Shown here: positions 50,185 to 59,550 of the stretch, piece by piece | Layout: every line of letters starts with the position of its first letter | Position numbering within the stretch: the stretch's first letter is position 1 | NCBI GenBank assembly: GCA_012271265.1 | Contig: JAAXGQ010000005.1 | Span: forward strand, 1 to 62,273 | Source of the DNA: Vicinamibacteraceae bacterium | GTDB taxonomy: Bacteria; Acidobacteriota; Vicinamibacteria; Marinacidobacterales; Marinacidobacteraceae | Length of the DNA: 62,273 bases | Direction of reading: 5' to 3' | Made by a program: the position numbers and the translations under genes | The notes under the pieces: generated by a model | The model's database searches: none | What the model saw: only the letters and a program-made list of their open reading frames with translations | Told to the model about the DNA's origin: nothing

Positions 50185-52620
50185 ATGCGTGTTCCGCTCA
50201 AATGGCTCGGCGAGCTGGTCGGGCTCCCCGCCGACCGGGAGGCCCTGGCCGCCCGGCTGACCCTGGCCGGGCTCGAGGTCACGGAGTGCGAGACCGTCGG
50301 CGGCGACTGGAAAGGCGTTGTGACCGGTCGCGTCCTCCGGGTGGAGCCTCACCCGAACGCCGACCGGCTGCGCCTGGTGACGGTGGACCCCGGCGGGCCG
50401 CCGCAGCGGGTCGTCTGCGGAGCGCCCAACGTGGCCGAAGGGCAGCTGATCGCGTTTGCCGCGAAGGGCGCCGTGCTCAAGGATCCCCGCACCGGACAGG
50501 ACCGCGTGCTCAAGAAATCACGCATCCGGGGCGTGGTCTCCGGCGGGATGGTCTGCTCGGAGGCCGAACTGGGCCTCTCCGCGGAGCACGCCGGAATCCT
50601 GGTGCTGGACTCCGATGCGCCGCCGGGGACGCCGCTGGTCGAGGTTCTGGGCGACCGGGTCTTCGTGTTCGACCTGACCCCGAACCGCGCCGACGCGCTC
50701 TCGGTGCTCGGCGTGGCGCGCGAAGTCGCCGCCTTCACCGGGGGACCGCTGCGCCCACCCGGGATCGAGGCGCCTCGGGAGGGCTCCCCGATCGCCGGCC
50801 GGGCAGCCGCCGAAATCCACGATCCCGATCTTTGTCACCGGTTCACGCTGGCGCTCATCGAGGACGTCGAGGTGGCGCCCTCGCCGAAGTGGATGCGGGA
50901 ACGTCTCGCGGCGGCAGGGATGCGCCCGATCAACAACCTGGTGGACATCACGAACTACGTGATGCTCGAGCTGGGGCAACCGGTGCACGCCTTCGACTAC
51001 GACCGGGTGCGGGAGCACCGGATCATCGTGCGCCGCGCCGCGGCCGGCGAGAGGCTCACGACGCTGGACGGCCAGCGGCGGGAGCTGGACCCGGAGCGGC
51101 TGGTGATCGCTGATCCGGGAGGGCCGATTGCCCTTGCCGGGGTGATGGGAGGCGCCGACACGGAAATCACCCCCGAAACCCGGAACGTGCTCCTTGAGGT
51201 GGCGAACTTCGATCCCGTCACCGTCCGCCGGACGGCCCGTCGGTTCGACCTGTTCTCCGACGCCGCCCGGCGCTTCGCGTGGGGCCTTCCGGCCGAGCTC
51301 GCCTCCGCGGCGTCGTCCCGGGTCTGCCGCCTCCTCGCGAAACACGCGGGTGGCCGGGTCGCCGAGGGAATCGTGGATGTGTGGCCGCGCCGCGAGGCCC
51401 CGGTCCGGATCCGCCTCCGTCATGCCCGCCTTCCGCAGGTTCTGGGCATTCCGGTGACCCCGGACACGGCCCGGGGTGCCCTGGAGCGTCTCGGCTTCGA
51501 CGTGGACGCGACGGAGGAAGACACCCTCGAGGTGGGGGTTCCCGGCTGGCGCCGCGATGTCCGGGTTCCGGACGATCTCGTGGAAGAGGTAGGCCGGTTC
51601 CTGGGATACGACGACCTGCCGGCCAGCCCCCTGACCGGCGCCATTCCTCACCATCCGCCCCTCCCGGCGCGGGAGCTGCGCGAGCGGGTGCGGGATCTCG
51701 CCGCCGCCGCCGGGCTCCACGAAGTCCAGACCTACACCCTGCTCTCCGACGCCGAGCTCGAGCCCTTCACCGATGCGGACGACCGCGCGGTGAGGCGCCC
51801 GCTTCGGGTGCAGAATCCGCTCGGACAGGCCCGGGACACCCTCAGAACCTCGCTCCGGCCCGGGATTCTTGGCGCCGCCGCCCGCAACCTGGAGCGGGGG
51901 GAGCCGGCCGTCGCGCTGTTCGAAGTGGGGCGGGTCTACCTTCCCCGGCCCGGCCAGCCCCGCGAAGAGGAGCGGGCGGTGGGGTGTGTCAGCGGCGTCC
52001 GCCTCGACCGCTTCGGGAATCCGACCGACGAACCGCTGGACTTCTTTGACGCCCGGGCGACGTTGGAGCGCGTGGTCGCCGGGCTCGGGATTCTCGTCTC
52101 GTGGCGCCCCGGGGAGGAGATCGGTCTCCTTCCCGGCCGGGTAGCCGCGCTTCGCCTTTGCGGCCGAGGCAAGGGGGTCCGTGTCGGCGTCGTCGGCCAG
52201 GTCCACCCGGAGACGGCCGAGCGCTTCGGCCTCGACGGCGACGTGTTCCTCTGGGAACTCGACCTTTCCCGCCTGCTCGACCGGGCCGAGGGACTGACGG
52301 CGCTGCCGCAGGTTCAGCCGCTGCCGCGCTACCCCGCGGCGTCGGAGGACTTCGCCTTCGTGGTCGGCGCGGCGACGCTTGCCGAAGACCTGCTCGAAGC
52401 GGCCTCCCGCCACCCGCTCGTTGCGTCCGCGCGGGTCTTCGACGATTTCCCGCTCGACCGCCGGCAGGGTCATCCGGCTGGCGCCCGCTCGGTGGGGGTT
52501 CGGGTCCGCTACCGCGCCCCGAACCGAACCCTCCGCGACCGCGACATCGCGAAGGTGCGCCGCGGCATTCTGAACCGGGTCCGAACCGCGTGCGGCGCGG
52601 TGGTGCGCGGCAACGGGTAA
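50185..52620 (+). CDS. pheT: Phenylalanine--tRNA ligase beta subunit
   Basis: 811 aa. MRVPLKWLGELV N-terminus, tRNA-binding OB domain, B3/4, B5 and FDX-ACB domains. It follows pheS. Confidence 0.95.
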   Translation: MRVPLKWLGELVGLPADREALAARLTLAGLEVTECETVGGDWKGVVTGRVLRVEPHPNADRLRLVTVDPGGPPQRVVCGAPNVAEGQLIAFAAKGAVLKDPRTGQDRVLKKSRIRGVVSGGMVCSEAELGLSAEHAGILVLDSDAPPGTPLVEVLGDRVFVFDLTPNRADALSVLGVAREVAAFTGGPLRPPGIEAPREGSPIAGRAAAEIHDPDLCHRFTLALIEDVEVAPSPKWMRERLAAAGMRPINNLVDITNYVMLELGQPVHAFDYDRVREHRIIVRRAAAGERLTTLDGQRRELDPERLVIADPGGPIALAGVMGGADTEITPETRNVLLEVANFDPVTVRRTARRFDLFSDAARRFAWGLPAELASAASSRVCRLLAKHAGGRVAEGIVDVWPRREAPVRIRLRHARLPQVLGIPVTPDTARGALERLGFDVDATEEDTLEVGVPGWRRDVRVPDDLVEEVGRFLGYDDLPASPLTGAIPHHPPLPARELRERVRDLAAAAGLHEVQTYTLLSDAELEPFTDADDRAVRRPLRVQNPLGQARDTLRTSLRPGILGAAARNLERGEPAVALFEVGRVYLPRPGQPREEERAVGCVSGVRLDRFGNPTDEPLDFFDARATLERVVAGLGILVSWRPGEEIGLLPGRVAALRLCGRGKGVRVGVVGQVHPETAERFGLDGDVFLWELDLSRLLDRAEGLTALPQVQPLPRYPAASEDFAFVVGAATLAEDLLEAASRHPLVASARVFDDFPLDRRQGHPAGARSVGVRVRYRAPNRTLRDRDIAKVRRGILNRVRTACGAVVRGNG

Positions 52621-52795
52621 CGCCGGGGCGAGGCCCTTCCTCGCCTTTTCCGCCCCCACCCGGGCGCTCCTCAGGGAAGCGGCGCGGGTCGCCAGGTTCG
52701 ACGTCCCGGTCCTGATCGAAGGAGAAACCGGCTGCGGCAAGGAACTGCTGGCGCGCCACGTTCATGCCGCGAGCCCTCGACGGGGACGACCTCTG

Positions 52796-53593
52796 GTGGC
52801 CGTGAATTGCGGCGCTCTTCCGGACAGCCTGCTCGAGACGGAGTTCTTCGGTCACGCGCGGGGCGCGTTCACCGGCGCGGACCGGGCCCGGTCCGGCCTC
52901 TTCGAGGCGGCGGACCGCGGCGCCCTGTTCCTCGACGAAGTGGGCGAGCTGTCCCCCCGCGGGCAGTCCCTGCTCCTCCGCGTCCTCCAGGAGCGGGAGT
53001 TCCGCCGGGTCGGGGAAACCGCAGTGCGCCGCTCCGACTTTCGCCTCGTGGCGGCGACGCACCGCCCCCTGGCCGCGCTCGCCGGGGCCGGGCGGTTTCG
53101 GGCGGATCTCTTCTACCGGCTCCACGTGGTGTCGCTCCGCATCCCGCCCCTCAGGCAGCGGCGGGTGGAGATCCCGGCCCTTGCCGCGGCGCTTCTCGAG
53201 CGCCTCGCGGCGCGGTACCGGTTGAGGACGCCGAAACTCTCGCCGCGCGCGGTGAGCCGGCTGGCGCGCCGGCCCTGGCCGGGCAACGTGCGGGAACTGG
53301 AATCGGCGCTCGCGGCCGCGCTCCTGCGCGGACCCGGAGCACCAGTCCTCGGCGCCGACCGATTCGACGCCGCTCCCGGGGCGGCAACCTCACCCGGCGG
53401 AGAGGATCCCGCGTCCGCGCTGGAGGATCTGGTCCGCCTCGGCCGCCTCCACGAGGCGCGGGACGCCCTGGAACGCCTCCTCATCCTCCGGGCCCTCGCC
53501 CGCGCCTCGGGGAGCCGCAGCGAGGCGGCGCGGAGGCTGGGAATCTCCCGCCAGAGCCTCTGGAAGAAGATGCGGCGGCTGCGCATCGGATAA
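52796..53593 (+). CDS. Sigma-54-dependent activator (bEBP) fragment: AAA+ core from GAFTGA onward plus Fis-type HTH. Homology extends upstream to about 52650 with no start codon.
   Basis: GAFTGA, Walker B ALFLDEVGEL, FRADLFYRL, WPGNVRELE and HTH AARRLGISRQSLWKKMRRL. The in-frame upstream sequence FDVPVLIEGETGCGKELLARHVH (Walker A) lies before the first ATG/GTG/TTG. Confidence 0.7.
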   Translation: MAVNCGALPDSLLETEFFGHARGAFTGADRARSGLFEAADRGALFLDEVGELSPRGQSLLLRVLQEREFRRVGETAVRRSDFRLVAATHRPLAALAGAGRFRADLFYRLHVVSLRIPPLRQRRVEIPALAAALLERLAARYRLRTPKLSPRAVSRLARRPWPGNVRELESALAAALLRGPGAPVLGADRFDAAPGAATSPGGEDPASALEDLVRLGRLHEARDALERLLILRALARASGSRSEAARRLGISRQSLWKKMRRLRIG

Positions 53594-53638
53594 TGCGCCG
53601 CCCGCACCCTTCCTGACCATTCTCCGGAGCGCCGCCTC

Positions 53639-56620
53639 ATGCCTCACCGCACCCTCGCCGGCCCGCTGTTCCTCGCCCTCTCCCTTGCGGGATCCCCGCC
53701 CGCCGCCGCCCAGCCGGCCGGAGAAGGGGATGCTGCCGGGATTGCCGTCTTCGACGACCTGCCCCTCCGGGAGATCGGCCCGGCGGTCATGTCCGGCCGC
53801 ATCACCGACCTCGCCGTGGTCCCCGGCCAGCCCTGGGCGTTCTACGCCGGGACCGCCTCCGGAGGCATCTTCCGGACGCGAAACAACGGCGCGACCTGGG
53901 ATGCGATCTTCGAGCACTACGGGACGACCTCGATCGGCGCGGTCGCCCTGGCGCCTTCCGATCCGGCGACGGTCTGGGTAGGCACCGGCGAGCCGACGAA
54001 CCGGCAGAGTTCCTCCGCCGGGAACGGCGTCTGGGTTTCCCACGACGCCGGGGACACCTTCCGCCATGTGGGCCTCCGGGAGAGTGAGCACATCGGGCGC
54101 ATCCTGGTCGACCCGACCCGTCCCCGGCGCGCGTTCGTGGCGGCGCTCGGACCACTTTGGCGCTCGGGCGGCCAGCGCGGGGTGTTTCGCACCGAAGACG
54201 GCGGGGAGACCTGGGAGAACGTGCTCCCCATCTCGGCGGACACCGGCGTGGTCGACCTCGAGATGGACCCCAGAAACCCGGCGATCCTCTACGCCGGCGC
54301 CTATACCCGACGCCGCACGCCCTGGGGATTCAACGGCGGCGGGCCGGAGGGCGGCATCTACCGCAGCACCGACGGCGGCGACACCTGGGAGCGCCTCGGC
54401 GGGGGGCTGCCGGAGGGACCGGTGGGGCGCGTGGGCCTCGAGATCGTGGAATCCGACCCACTGCAGGTCTACGCGCTGGTCCAGCACGCCAGCGAGTCCG
54501 GAGTCTGGCTCTCCGGCGACCGGGGAGCGACCTGGGAACGGATTTCCGACCTGAATCCCCGGCCGATGTACTACTCCCACATCGAGGTGGACCCCGCCGA
54601 TCCGAGGCGCGTCTACGTCATGGGCGCGCCGCTCTTCGTGTCCGACGACGGGGGGCGGACCTTTGCCCCAAACGATGACATGACGCCGACCTATGACATC
54701 GGCGTGCACGGAGACCACCACGTCCTGTGGATCGACCCCGCGGCCAACGACCACCTCCTTCTCGGCGGCGACGGCGGCGTCTACGAGTCGTGGGACCGCG
54801 GGCTCTCCTGGCGGAAGATGAACAACATCCCGCTCGCCCAGTTCTACGCCATCTCCCTGGACCACGAAAGGCCCTACAACATCTACGGCGGCGCCCAGGA
54901 CACCCACTCCTGGGTCGGCCCCTCCGCGACCCGGAATCAGGCGGGCATCCTCAACTCCGACTGGCGCCAGTCCAACTTCGGCGACGGCATGGACCAGGAA
55001 GCCGCGCCCGGGGACCCGACCGTCGCGTTCGCCTCGGCCCAGAACGGCAGCCTCGTCCGCATCGATCCGGCCACCGGGAACCGAACGCCGATTCGTCCCT
55101 TCCCCGAGAAGGATCAGGATCCCTACCGCTTCCACTGGCTGTCGCCGATCGCCGCATCGCCGCACGCCGTGAACCGGATCTACTTTGGCGGGAACCGCCT
55201 GTTTCTCTCCGACGACCTCGGGGGCGGCTGGCGGGCCACGGACGACCTCACCCTGCGGGAGGACCGGAGCGAGCTTCCCATCCTCGGGGTCTTGCCCGCC
55301 GAGGGCATGCTCTCCATGCACGACGGTGTGGCGGCGTGGGGCACGCTGACCACGGTGGCGGAGTCGGAGCTCGTTCCGGGCCTGCTCTACGCCGGGACGG
55401 ACGACGGCCGGGTGGCGCGGTCCGAAGACGGCGGGGAGACCTGGGAATTCCTCGAAGGGAACCTGCCGATGGACGCGCTGCGGGCCACGATCAGCCGGGT
55501 GACGCCGTCAGCTCATGCCGCGGACCGGCTCTACGTGGCGGTGGATCGTCACCAGCTTGGCGACTTCACCGCCCATCTCTTCCGGTCGGACGACCGGGGC
55601 AGGACCTTCACCGCCATCGGCGCGGGGCTCCCGTCGGGCTGGGCCAACGACATCGTGGAACACCCGCACGGCGAGGACTTCCTCGTCGCCGGCACCGAGG
55701 TGGGCGCGTTCGTGTCGCTGGACCGGGGAGCGCGATGGATGCGACTCGGCGGCGGCCTGCCGCACGTCCCGGTGGACGACATCGAGATCCATCCCCGGGA
55801 GCGGGACCTCGTTCTCGGGACGCACGGCCGCTCCATCTACATCCTGGACGACAGCGCGCCCCTGGCCTGGTTCGATCCCGACGCGGAAGGGCCGCAGCTG
55901 TTCAAGCCCCGCCCGGCGCCGGTATTCCTGCCCTGGAAGCACGAAAGCTACGAAGGCCAGGCTCGCTACGCCGGGGAGAATCCCCCCTCGGGCGCCCTCC
56001 TGACGATCCATCTCCCGGAATCCGCGGCGGCGGCCGCCCCGGTCCTCTCCATCGAGGACGATGCCGGCCGGCTGGTGGCGCGGTTGCCGGGTGAGGCGCG
56101 CCCGGGCTTCCAGCGCCTCGTCTGGGACCTTTCGCAGAACGCCCTGGCCGACAGCGCTGGGGAAAGCCGCGTCTGTTCGCTGCCGGCGCCCCGGGCTCCG
56201 CTGGGGAAGTACAGGGTCACGCTGGAAGCAGGGGGAGTCGCGCGGGAGACGACCGTGACCATCGAACTCGATGTCACGGTGACGGCGAGCGAGGCCGCGT
56301 ACGCCCAGCGGACGGGGTTTCTGACCCAGGTCTATCGCTCCATCCAGGCCGCCTGCCGGGCGGCGGCCTCAGCGGCCGACCGGGAGGAAGGCAGCCTGTC
56401 GGACGCGGCGCGGGAAGCGCTTCGCGCCCTCCGCGGCGGAGGCGGATTCCGGAATCCGTCCGCTCTCGCCCGCCTGGCGCGGCTGTACGGGGAGTTCACC
56501 GGGGATGCGGTGCGGCAGGGGACGCTCCACGCGCCGACGACGACCCACCGCCAGCGGCTGGAGCGCCTGGAGCAGGAAATCGACGGAGCGATCGCAGTCC
56601 TCGGCGCGCTCGACCCCTGA
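53639..56620 (+). CDS. Secreted sortilin/VPS10-like BNR/Asp-box repeat protein (double beta-propeller)
   Basis: 993 aa with a signal peptide and repeated Asp-box-like SxDxGxTW motifs (NNGATW, SHDAGDTF, TEDGGETW, STDGGDTW, SGDRGATW, SDDGGRTF). Confidence 0.85.
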   Translation: MPHRTLAGPLFLALSLAGSPPAAAQPAGEGDAAGIAVFDDLPLREIGPAVMSGRITDLAVVPGQPWAFYAGTASGGIFRTRNNGATWDAIFEHYGTTSIGAVALAPSDPATVWVGTGEPTNRQSSSAGNGVWVSHDAGDTFRHVGLRESEHIGRILVDPTRPRRAFVAALGPLWRSGGQRGVFRTEDGGETWENVLPISADTGVVDLEMDPRNPAILYAGAYTRRRTPWGFNGGGPEGGIYRSTDGGDTWERLGGGLPEGPVGRVGLEIVESDPLQVYALVQHASESGVWLSGDRGATWERISDLNPRPMYYSHIEVDPADPRRVYVMGAPLFVSDDGGRTFAPNDDMTPTYDIGVHGDHHVLWIDPAANDHLLLGGDGGVYESWDRGLSWRKMNNIPLAQFYAISLDHERPYNIYGGAQDTHSWVGPSATRNQAGILNSDWRQSNFGDGMDQEAAPGDPTVAFASAQNGSLVRIDPATGNRTPIRPFPEKDQDPYRFHWLSPIAASPHAVNRIYFGGNRLFLSDDLGGGWRATDDLTLREDRSELPILGVLPAEGMLSMHDGVAAWGTLTTVAESELVPGLLYAGTDDGRVARSEDGGETWEFLEGNLPMDALRATISRVTPSAHAADRLYVAVDRHQLGDFTAHLFRSDDRGRTFTAIGAGLPSGWANDIVEHPHGEDFLVAGTEVGAFVSLDRGARWMRLGGGLPHVPVDDIEIHPRERDLVLGTHGRSIYILDDSAPLAWFDPDAEGPQLFKPRPAPVFLPWKHESYEGQARYAGENPPSGALLTIHLPESAAAAAPVLSIEDDAGRLVARLPGEARPGFQRLVWDLSQNALADSAGESRVCSLPAPRAPLGKYRVTLEAGGVARETTVTIELDVTVTASEAAYAQRTGFLTQVYRSIQAACRAAASAADREEGSLSDAAREALRALRGGGGFRNPSALARLARLYGEFTGDAVRQGTLHAPTTTHRQRLERLEQEIDGAIAVLGALDP

Positions 56621-56647
56621 CCCGCGGGGGCGCGTCCGACCCTTGCC

Positions 56648-57223
56648 TCAGCGGTTTTCCTGGAGCCCCGCCAGGAGCCGGGCCGTCCGGGGCGCCCGGG
56701 CCGCCTGGTCCGGGGCGGCAAGGGCGCGGGCGAGGCGGCAGAGGTCCTCCGGCCGATCCACGTCCCACTGGGTCGGGAGTTCCGCGAGACCGAGACCTGC
56801 TCCCGAAGCGGCGGCGCGGGTGGCGGCGAGCACGCCCTCCGCGCCCCAGGGGATGCCCTGAAAGAGGCGCGCCAACTGCTCCGGACGGGCGGATCCGAGC
56901 GCCAACCCGATGAGCGCGTAACCGCCGTCCTCGGCCGGCGCCACGACCGCCACGCGCTGCTCCAGGGCCGAGAACGCTCCTGCCACCAACGCCCGGGGGA
57001 GGAGCGGAGCGTCCGCGCCGAGAACAACGAGCCGCTCCACGGCGGCTCCTCTCGCGGCCTCCATCGCCCGGACGAGCCGGTCTCCGAGGCCCCCGCTCCC
57101 CTGGCGGGTGACGCTCCAGCGATCCGGAATGTGAAGTCCGGCGGCGCAATCGCCGGTCAGTCTGAGCTCCAGGTCCCACGTCTCCGAACCGCGCGCCAGT
57201 CTTTCCAGCAGATCCTCGATCAT
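56648..57223 (-). CDS. DUF2064/TIGR04282-family glycosyltransferase-like protein (minimal ORF; homology continues to about 57343)
   Basis: VVLGADAPLL and PAEDGGYALIGL motifs. The in-frame upstream peptide LCVLARCPVAGKVKTRLLP is the conserved family N-terminus but precedes the first canonical start. Confidence 0.75.
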   Translation of the reverse strand: MIEDLLERLARGSETWDLELRLTGDCAAGLHIPDRWSVTRQGSGGLGDRLVRAMEAARGAAVERLVVLGADAPLLPRALVAGAFSALEQRVAVVAPAEDGGYALIGLALGSARPEQLARLFQGIPWGAEGVLAATRAAASGAGLGLAELPTQWDVDRPEDLCRLARALAAPDQAARAPRTARLLAGLQENR

Positions 57224-57339
57224 GGCCTGCTGGAGACGGGCCGCTTCCGATGGCCCGAGCCGGGGAAGCAGGCGGGTCTTGACCTTGCCTGCGACCGGGC
57301 AGCGCGCCAGGACACACAGCCGCGAGGCCAGGGAGTGGT

Positions 57340-59550
57340 TCAGGGTGGGGGGCTCGCCTCCACGGCCGTCCAGTTCCCCGCGTCGTCCTCGGCCCGGATG
57401 ACGAGCGCGGCCCCTTCCGCCGCCGGCGAAGCGGGGCGGAACGCGAACTCCTCGCGGAGGGAATCGGGAATCCCGTCGACCGGGCGGACCACCTGCGGCG
57501 GCCCGCCGCCAACGGAAACGCTGACCCGGCGGATCGGACTCCCGCCGTCCTCGACGTGGAACGTGAGGGTCCCGTCAGCGGCCGCCGCCAGCCCGCCGAT
57601 CGTCGGCGGCGTGTTGTCAACGGTGAAGGGGCGGCTCGTCCGGCTGCCGGAGAGCGCCTCCCCGGGGGGATTGTCCGGGGCGTCCTCCGCCTCGACCCGG
57701 AGCTCGTAGCGCCCGTCCGGAATCGTGGCCGTGTCCCACGCGACGATCCTTTCCCGGAGATCGGTTCGGAGTTCCCGCCACGCCACCTCGCCCACCTCGC
57801 GGTAGGAGATCCGGTAGCGCAGGCGGTCGCCGTTCGGGTCGCTCGCCTCGAAGGTCGCCGTGCGCACGCCGTGGCGATACAGCTGCCGGCCGGTGACCCC
57901 GGCCAGGGCGTTGTTGCCGGCGGTTTGCCGGGCGGCCTCCGTGGTCATGGGCAGGTGCTCCATGCCCATCAGGCGCGGCGCGGAGGGCTGGATCATCTGC
58001 TCGAACGCCGTCCCCGGTGGATGGAGCGTGATGGCCGTGACCCTGGGGGCCAGGTTCGTGGGCAGGTAGGCGACCTCGACCGACTCCAGCTCCGGCGACG
58101 CCCTGCCGTCGGAACGCAGGATGGCGCGCCACTCGAGGAAACGGGCCGGAGGACTGCGGACCGGGGCGTCCGCTTCCGCCGCGACCCAGTCGCTCCAGGT
58201 GTCGTCCGGCTCCGAGGAGTTCCCGCTGCGCGTTTCGACCACGATCGCGGCGCCCGGAGGGCTGCGCGATTCCCACGAGATCCGGCCGAAGCGGGCCGCG
58301 CCCCCGGCGTCGAGCGCGCGTGACCGGTAGCGCCCTTCGGTGCGGGGCTCCGCGGCGAGTGACAGCACCCGCCCCGGATTCGAGGCCCCGAGCAGCGTGG
58401 TGGTCCCGTCGTTGAAGGCGGCAGTGATCTGCTCCGACTCGATCCGAAGCAGCAGGGTGACGTCGCCGTCGCGGGTGATGCGGTAGACACGCCCCCGGTC
58501 CCCGGTTCCGAGCAGCAACCGCTCGTCGCGCAGCATGGCGAGCGCCAGCGGCCGGTCGAGGCGGGATTCCCAGATGACCTGGCTGGCCCCGTCGGGCGTG
58601 ATCCGGTAGAGGGCGTGCGTTCCCTCGCCGCCGCCTCCGGAGCTTCGTGCAGACGCCGCGGCGGTCTGCGCGACCTGGAACGAGGTCGCCGTCGAGACGC
58701 TCACGGCGGCCGCGGCGCCGGCCCCCGCCGCGGCAGGCAGCGCGGCGGGAGCGCCGGTGAGCGCGGCGCGGTCCGGTCCGGACGAAGCGACGGCCGCCGC
58801 GAAGACCTCGCCCGCCGCGTTTCTGGCAAGCGCGCGGATTTCCACCTGGGGGCTGTCGAACAGCGCCATCGCGCCGGTGTCCCGATCGATGCGGAAGACG
58901 ATGCCGGAGGGCTCCGTCCCCACGTGGATCACCCCGTCGTCGGAAACCAGGAGCGCGGTGATGTTCTCCTCGCGGGTCGAGAAGATGGTCTCGGCCTCGC
59001 CGGACGGCTGCACCCGGATGAGGGTGGCGGGCATGCCGGTGGCGACGAGAACACTCCCGCCGGGTTCCACGGCGAGCGCCCAGATGTAGCGCGCCTCCGG
59101 AGTGTGGAAGACCCGGCGCTCCCCCCCGGGCAGAATCTGCTGCACCCCGCCCCCGGGCGTGGTGGCGAAGAAGATGGAGCCGTCCGTGCCCCGGGCCACG
59201 GCCTGGACTCCGACCTGATCGGCCTCGGCGAGCGGGTCCGACTGTCCTCCCGCGATGCGCACGAGCGCAGCCGGGGCGCCGCTCGCGGCCAGGACCCCTG
59301 TGCTTCCATCGGGCGCCACGGCCCACACAAACGGGCGCTCCCCCTCGTGGAGGGTCCGGATCGCCGGCGCCAGCCGCACCTGCCCCTCCGGTCCGATGGT
59401 GACGCCGTCGCTCTCGCCGCGAAGGAAGTCCTGGGCGGTCTCGAAACGCCAGAAGTCCCGGTTGGCGGCAGGGGCTGGCGGCGCCGCAAGCGTCATCGCC
59501 GCAGCCAGGGCGAGGCCGGCCCGGGTGATCGGCGCGGCGCGGGTCACCAT
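57340..59550 (-). CDS. Secreted hypothetical protein, beta-propeller-like N-terminal half and Ig-like C-terminal region
   Basis: 736 aa, signal peptide MVTRAAPITRAGLALAAAMTLAAPPAPAA and repetitive beta-strand-rich blocks. The ATGGTGA overlap links it to the upstream S55 gene. Confidence 0.7.
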   Translation of the reverse strand: MVTRAAPITRAGLALAAAMTLAAPPAPAANRDFWRFETAQDFLRGESDGVTIGPEGQVRLAPAIRTLHEGERPFVWAVAPDGSTGVLAASGAPAALVRIAGGQSDPLAEADQVGVQAVARGTDGSIFFATTPGGGVQQILPGGERRVFHTPEARYIWALAVEPGGSVLVATGMPATLIRVQPSGEAETIFSTREENITALLVSDDGVIHVGTEPSGIVFRIDRDTGAMALFDSPQVEIRALARNAAGEVFAAAVASSGPDRAALTGAPAALPAAAGAGAAAAVSVSTATSFQVAQTAAASARSSGGGGEGTHALYRITPDGASQVIWESRLDRPLALAMLRDERLLLGTGDRGRVYRITRDGDVTLLLRIESEQITAAFNDGTTTLLGASNPGRVLSLAAEPRTEGRYRSRALDAGGAARFGRISWESRSPPGAAIVVETRSGNSSEPDDTWSDWVAAEADAPVRSPPARFLEWRAILRSDGRASPELESVEVAYLPTNLAPRVTAITLHPPGTAFEQMIQPSAPRLMGMEHLPMTTEAARQTAGNNALAGVTGRQLYRHGVRTATFEASDPNGDRLRYRISYREVGEVAWRELRTDLRERIVAWDTATIPDGRYELRVEAEDAPDNPPGEALSGSRTSRPFTVDNTPPTIGGLAAAADGTLTFHVEDGGSPIRRVSVSVGGGPPQVVRPVDGIPDSLREEFAFRPASPAAEGAALVIRAEDDAGNWTAVEASPPP

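Noticed and set aside
53594-53638. Search for a sigma-54 promoter (TGGCAC-N5-TTGC) next to the bEBP fragment and upstream of neighbouring genes.
   Set aside because: No convincing GG-N10-GC element was seen by eye in the adjacent intergenic regions. A genome-wide PWM scan would be needed.
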